From Octopus sinensis (Eukaryota), in assembly GCF_006345805.1 (NCBI RefSeq), contig NW_021835755.1, positions 1 through 38,415 on the forward strand: a stretch of 38,415 nt of DNA. Direction: 5' to 3'. The notes beneath the pieces were generated by a model, which saw nothing but the letters and a program-made list of their open reading frames with translations, searched no databases and was not told the DNA's origin. Position numbers and translations under genes: made by a program. This document shows, one piece after another, positions 34,586-38,415 of the stretch. Positions within the stretch are counted from its first letter, which is position 1, and each line of letters starts with the position of its first letter.

Positions 34586-35027
34586 CGCGGTTTCGATTCC
34601 CAGACCGGTCATTATGAGTGTTTATTAAGCGAGTGGGTGGTGGTGAACCCTGCTATATTCTTTCACCATATACTCTTTCACCATAACTTTCTCTCGCGCT
34701 TTCTTCCTGTTTCTGTTGTACATGTATTTCAAAGGGCCAGCCTTGTCACACTCTGTGTCACGCTGAATCTCCCTGAGAACTACGCGAAAGGTACACATGT
34801 CTGTGGAGTGCTCAGCCACTTGCACGTTAATAAATGAGCTGCGACGTCACTGGTGCCAAGCTGTATCGGCCTTTCTCTTTCCCTTGGATAACATCGGTGG
34901 CGTGGAGAGGGGAAGCTGGTATGTGTGGGCGACTGCTGGTCTTCCATAAAGAACCTTGCCCAGATTTGTGCCTCGGAGGGTAACTTTCTAGGTGCAATTC
35001 CATGATCATTCATGACCGAAGGGTGTC
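34586..35027 (+). mobile_element. Composite of further retroposon segments, starting with B-box-like GGTTTCGATTCC
   Basis: The head resembles the B-box region of the 12300-12516 SINE. High-complexity body without T4 runs. Probably two joined families with a junction near 34840; assignment from memory. Confidence 0.5.
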
Positions 35028-35624
35028 ACAACACTAGGAGTGTTGGTTTCAACAGTGATTTAAAAAATCCGAATTCTTTGAAAAATACACATTGGCCTTT
35101 TCGGGATCTAACTTCTCACTGTACATTATAGTTATTGAAATGTAATATGCTCTCATCTCAGCATAGCCCTTCTTTTTGAAATGCAGGAATTTAAATTTAA
35201 ATTAGTGAAGCAAGAAAAGACCAACGTGATCACTGATGTCTGCCAAGAAAGTTGATCCCATTGTTAAATCGAAAGGATTATGTAGTTAATTCTTTCTTTC
35301 CTCCGGAGTGCATCTTTGTGCTGTAGAACCGCTTTTCTTGGGCGAAAAATGTTAACGTTTGAATACTGATCTCATTTACAAGAGGAAAAGTAATGGAAGC
35401 GTAATGCCACCTAATATCAAATTGCAAAAAATTTGGTATTAATATGAGGAATCCCGCTAAACCAACAAGTCACTGCCTGCGTATTTTGCCGGTGGTAAGA
35501 GTGGTACCTCCTTAAATTTAGGGTGTTAATTTATCAAGAAACTATTTACTGATTTCCCCTGTACCATTTTTGCTAGGGTTGATAATCTTATCGTGGGTTT
35601 ATCGTTAGGTTTATAGGCTTATAT

Positions 35625-35637
35625 CTATCTATCTATA

Positions 35638-35704
<67 letters not shown>

Positions 35705-35727
35705 CTATCTACTATCTATCTATCTAA

Positions 35728-35796
<69 letters not shown>

Positions 35797-35865
35797 GCAT
35801 ATAAACATATATTGTATGTATGTGTGTGTATACATATATGTATATATATATATACACACATACAC

Positions 35866-35912
<47 letters not shown>

Positions 35913-36127
35913 CATATATACATATATATATATATGTGTGTGTGTGTGTGTATATACGTATACTTATATATACTTACGACTCTCTGTTTGTGTGTTTAGT
36001 TATGTATTCAAACGGTATGCACTTATACGTACACAAATTTCAAAGTAATCATTGCATACATAATACATACATACATACATACATGTATATATATATATAT
36101 ATATCTTTCTATCCATATATATCTATA

Positions 36128-36185
<58 letters not shown>

Positions 36186-36240
36186 GATATATATATATAA
36201 TATATATGTGTGTGTGTGGTGTGTGTGTGTGTGTGTGTAT
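35625..36240. repeat. Compound (CTAT)n/(CT)n/(TA)n/(TG)n microsatellites
   Basis: Directly visible. Confidence 0.9.
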
Positions 36241-36844
36241 GCTAGTGTGTTTGTATGTGCGTATGCGTCTGTAAGTATGTGTGTAAAACACCTCATCCAT
36301 AAATAGTTGGTGGCGGTGTATGTGTGTATGCGACGGGGATTAGATATATCTGAAAGTGGTTAGCAATTTACAACGAGGCCTTTAATTTATTCAACAAGAA
36401 GCTGCGACGTCAATCAACCGCCATTGCAGTAATGATAACATATTTTCCAAGAATGCGATGACAAGAAAACCATTTATTGTTAGGGATCATGGAATAAGGA
36501 GCATCAAGAAGTGATTACCTATCATTTCCCTAAACTCCTATCGTTTATATATTCATTTATATACATTTTCTTTGTTGGTTTCTTTGTTTGTACCGTTGGT
36601 TATTCTGACTCCTGCCGCCAGCTATTTTCTCTTCATGATAAATATATAATGGCCTGAAATGAGAAAAAACCTTAGTTGTAGAAGGTTCTAAAAATTCCCT
36701 GCGTGCGGCCTGCACAGTTTTGTAAAATGAGAAAAGGCCGCTTACGGTATTCAAACGCCAACGGCATAAAATGGGTCATATTTTTGTAAAAGTTGGAGCG
36801 TCTTGTATAATGTTGATGCTTCTGTTGCTGATGTTGTTGTTGAT

Positions 36845-37345
36845 GTTTTAGCCCCAGGACAGTTCTGATCTGACAGACCTACGAACAAAGGTGATCCAAT
36901 CGTGACCGTCTCGTTTTTTGCTTTTCTCTTTTATACTGTGTATCTAAAATGACATTATACAATCTACGTGTCCGTTACTGTCGTTGTTGTTGCTTTTGTT
37001 GCTATATAGCCCCAGGATACTTCAGATCTAACACAACTACGAACAAAACGTTCCGATCGTGGCCACCACGGTTTTTCTGTCTTTAGGCCTAGATTTTTCT
37101 TTGAGTCTCTTTTCTTACGCTTCTGTTATTGTTGTTTTTATGACCATCCCCAGGTCATCATGTTCAGCTCCAGGTCATCGTGGAGACCTATGATCTAGGC
37201 GTTCTACTCGTGACCTCCTCACCTACGTTTTTTAATGTATCTAAGACTTCATTCTTCAATGTGTGCTTCCTCCTTTCCTATTAACATAATAAAATCTGAT
37301 TTAAGAAATATTTAGCTGCCTATTTCTAACTTCTCAAACGATTGC
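36845..37345 (-). repeat. Three tandem diverged family C copies
   Basis: (gtt)n-tagccccagg..ctgatc..gac.ta.ga.caaa..ttcc...cgtgacc at about 36848, 37008 and 37150, each followed by tgtatctaa.a.t.catt.t.caat. Confidence 0.6.
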
Positions 37346-37418
37346 ATAGAAGATTTTTCGTGACCAGAAATATAACCTGGATCAGATTTTAAACTGTTAT
37401 ATTTTCAAAAATTTCTTT

Positions 37419-37570
37419 GTGGCTGTGGTGTAAGAAACTTACTTCCAACCATGTGGTCTTGGGTTCAGTCTCACTAAGTGGCATCTTGGGTAAGTGTCTT
37501 CTACTATAGCCTCGAGCCGACCAAAGTCTTGTCAGCGAAACTGGTTGACGGAAACTGAAAGAATCCCGGC
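37419..37570 (+). mobile_element. SINE family A, 5' half
   Basis: gtggctgtggtgtaagaaacttacttccaaccatgtgg...ctactatagcctcgagccgaccaaag...gaaactgaaagaatcccggcg. Confidence 0.8.
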
Positions 37571-37621
37571 GTGCTAATGTGTCTGCTAACTCATCGCCTT
37601 AACAATAATAATAGTTTTAGA

Positions 37622-37779
37622 TTTTAGCACAATGCCCGCAATTTCTGCGGAACTGTTAAATCGACTGCTCAACTGATAAAGTCGACCTTGGTGAAATTTG
37701 AACTCACACCGTAAAAGCGGACGAAATGCTGCTAAGCATTTTGCCAGACGTACTACCGATTCTGCCAGCTCGCCGTCTA
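37622..37779 (-). mobile_element. SINE family B with internal deletion
   Basis: aaagtcgaccttggtgaaatttgaactcacaccgtaaaagcggacgaaatgctgctaagc..ttctgccagctcgccgtct. Confidence 0.75.
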
Positions 37780-38311
37780 ACCAATAATAATAATGATGAT
37801 AAATAAAACCCAAATAACAATAACTAATGATTATTTTATGAGTGACGTGGCTATTATTTGGTGACTGGAACATTATAGCCTGAAGGAATTCTGGAAAATT
37901 TGACAACATCATAAAAGTTTTGAGAGGGAACTTTCAGTAAAACAAAAAGAATTACAAGAAATAAAGTGAAAATAAATAAAATATACAAAGAAAAAAGAGA
38001 AAAAAAAAAATTGGCAGCGAGGCTGGAACGCAAATTTTACTCCCCAAGAATCTTTCGTTCTACCTTGAAACCAAAAATAAATAAAAATAAGCAACGATAC
38101 AAGAGTACAGTACTGGAATGTTTGATTCGCTCCAACACTTTGGAACTGCTAAAATATTTCCTAAGGGAAAGAATTCTTTTTTCTCTGACTGAAGTGGTGC
38201 AGACTAAAATAATGAACCAAAACAAAAGAAAATTGAATTTCTAATTGTTATTATTTGTAGTGGTTGTCATTATTATTCTTGATTTTTCCTGTCCTTCTCC
38301 CCACGATATTG

Positions 38312-38390
38312 TTGTTTAGCCCCAGGTCAGCTCTGATTGAGCAGACTTATGATCACCCACGTTCGTTCCTGCTGTGATCATTCTATCGTA
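38312..38390 (-). repeat. Family C terminus
   Basis: gttgtttagccccaggtcagctctgattgagcagacttatgatca. Confidence 0.6.
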
Positions 38391-38415
38391 TTTTGCTTTC
38401 ACTTTCAAATTATCT

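Noticed and set aside
35030-35200. About 55-codon minus-strand open frame FLHFKKKGYAEMRAYY...
   Set aside because: No start codon at its beginning, no convincing splice signals and no recognisable motif.

Overview
AT-rich, repeat-saturated eukaryotic DNA. From my recognition of its SINE families (not a database search) it is most likely an Octopus (coleoid cephalopod) intronic or intergenic region. I found no intact host protein-coding gene, rRNA, functional tRNA or CRISPR array. Nearly all ORFs in the track are translations of microsatellites. Real coding remnants are four decayed Tc1/mariner transposase pieces and an R4/Dong-clade LINE fragment (24950-25720, missed by the ORF track). The window also holds about 20 tRNA-derived SINE copies from two main modular families, Tc1- and hAT-type MITEs (two with 8-bp TSDs), and many simple and higher-order tandem repeats. 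The most unusual structures are: (1) a 15-copy array at 26397-28037 with a fixed-length 24-nt partly palindromic core and alternating constant/variable linkers, invaded by a MITE and two SINEs; (2) a tRNA-Leu copy lacking its whole anticodon arm but with intact A/B boxes, placed ahead of about 700 nt without a TTTT run; (3) a fossil Penelope-type minimal hammerhead ribozyme; (4) two CpG-retaining non-repeat islands, each ending in a consensus minus-strand splice donor, which may be non-coding first exons. I see no evidence of a complete new multi-gene system; these are leads.
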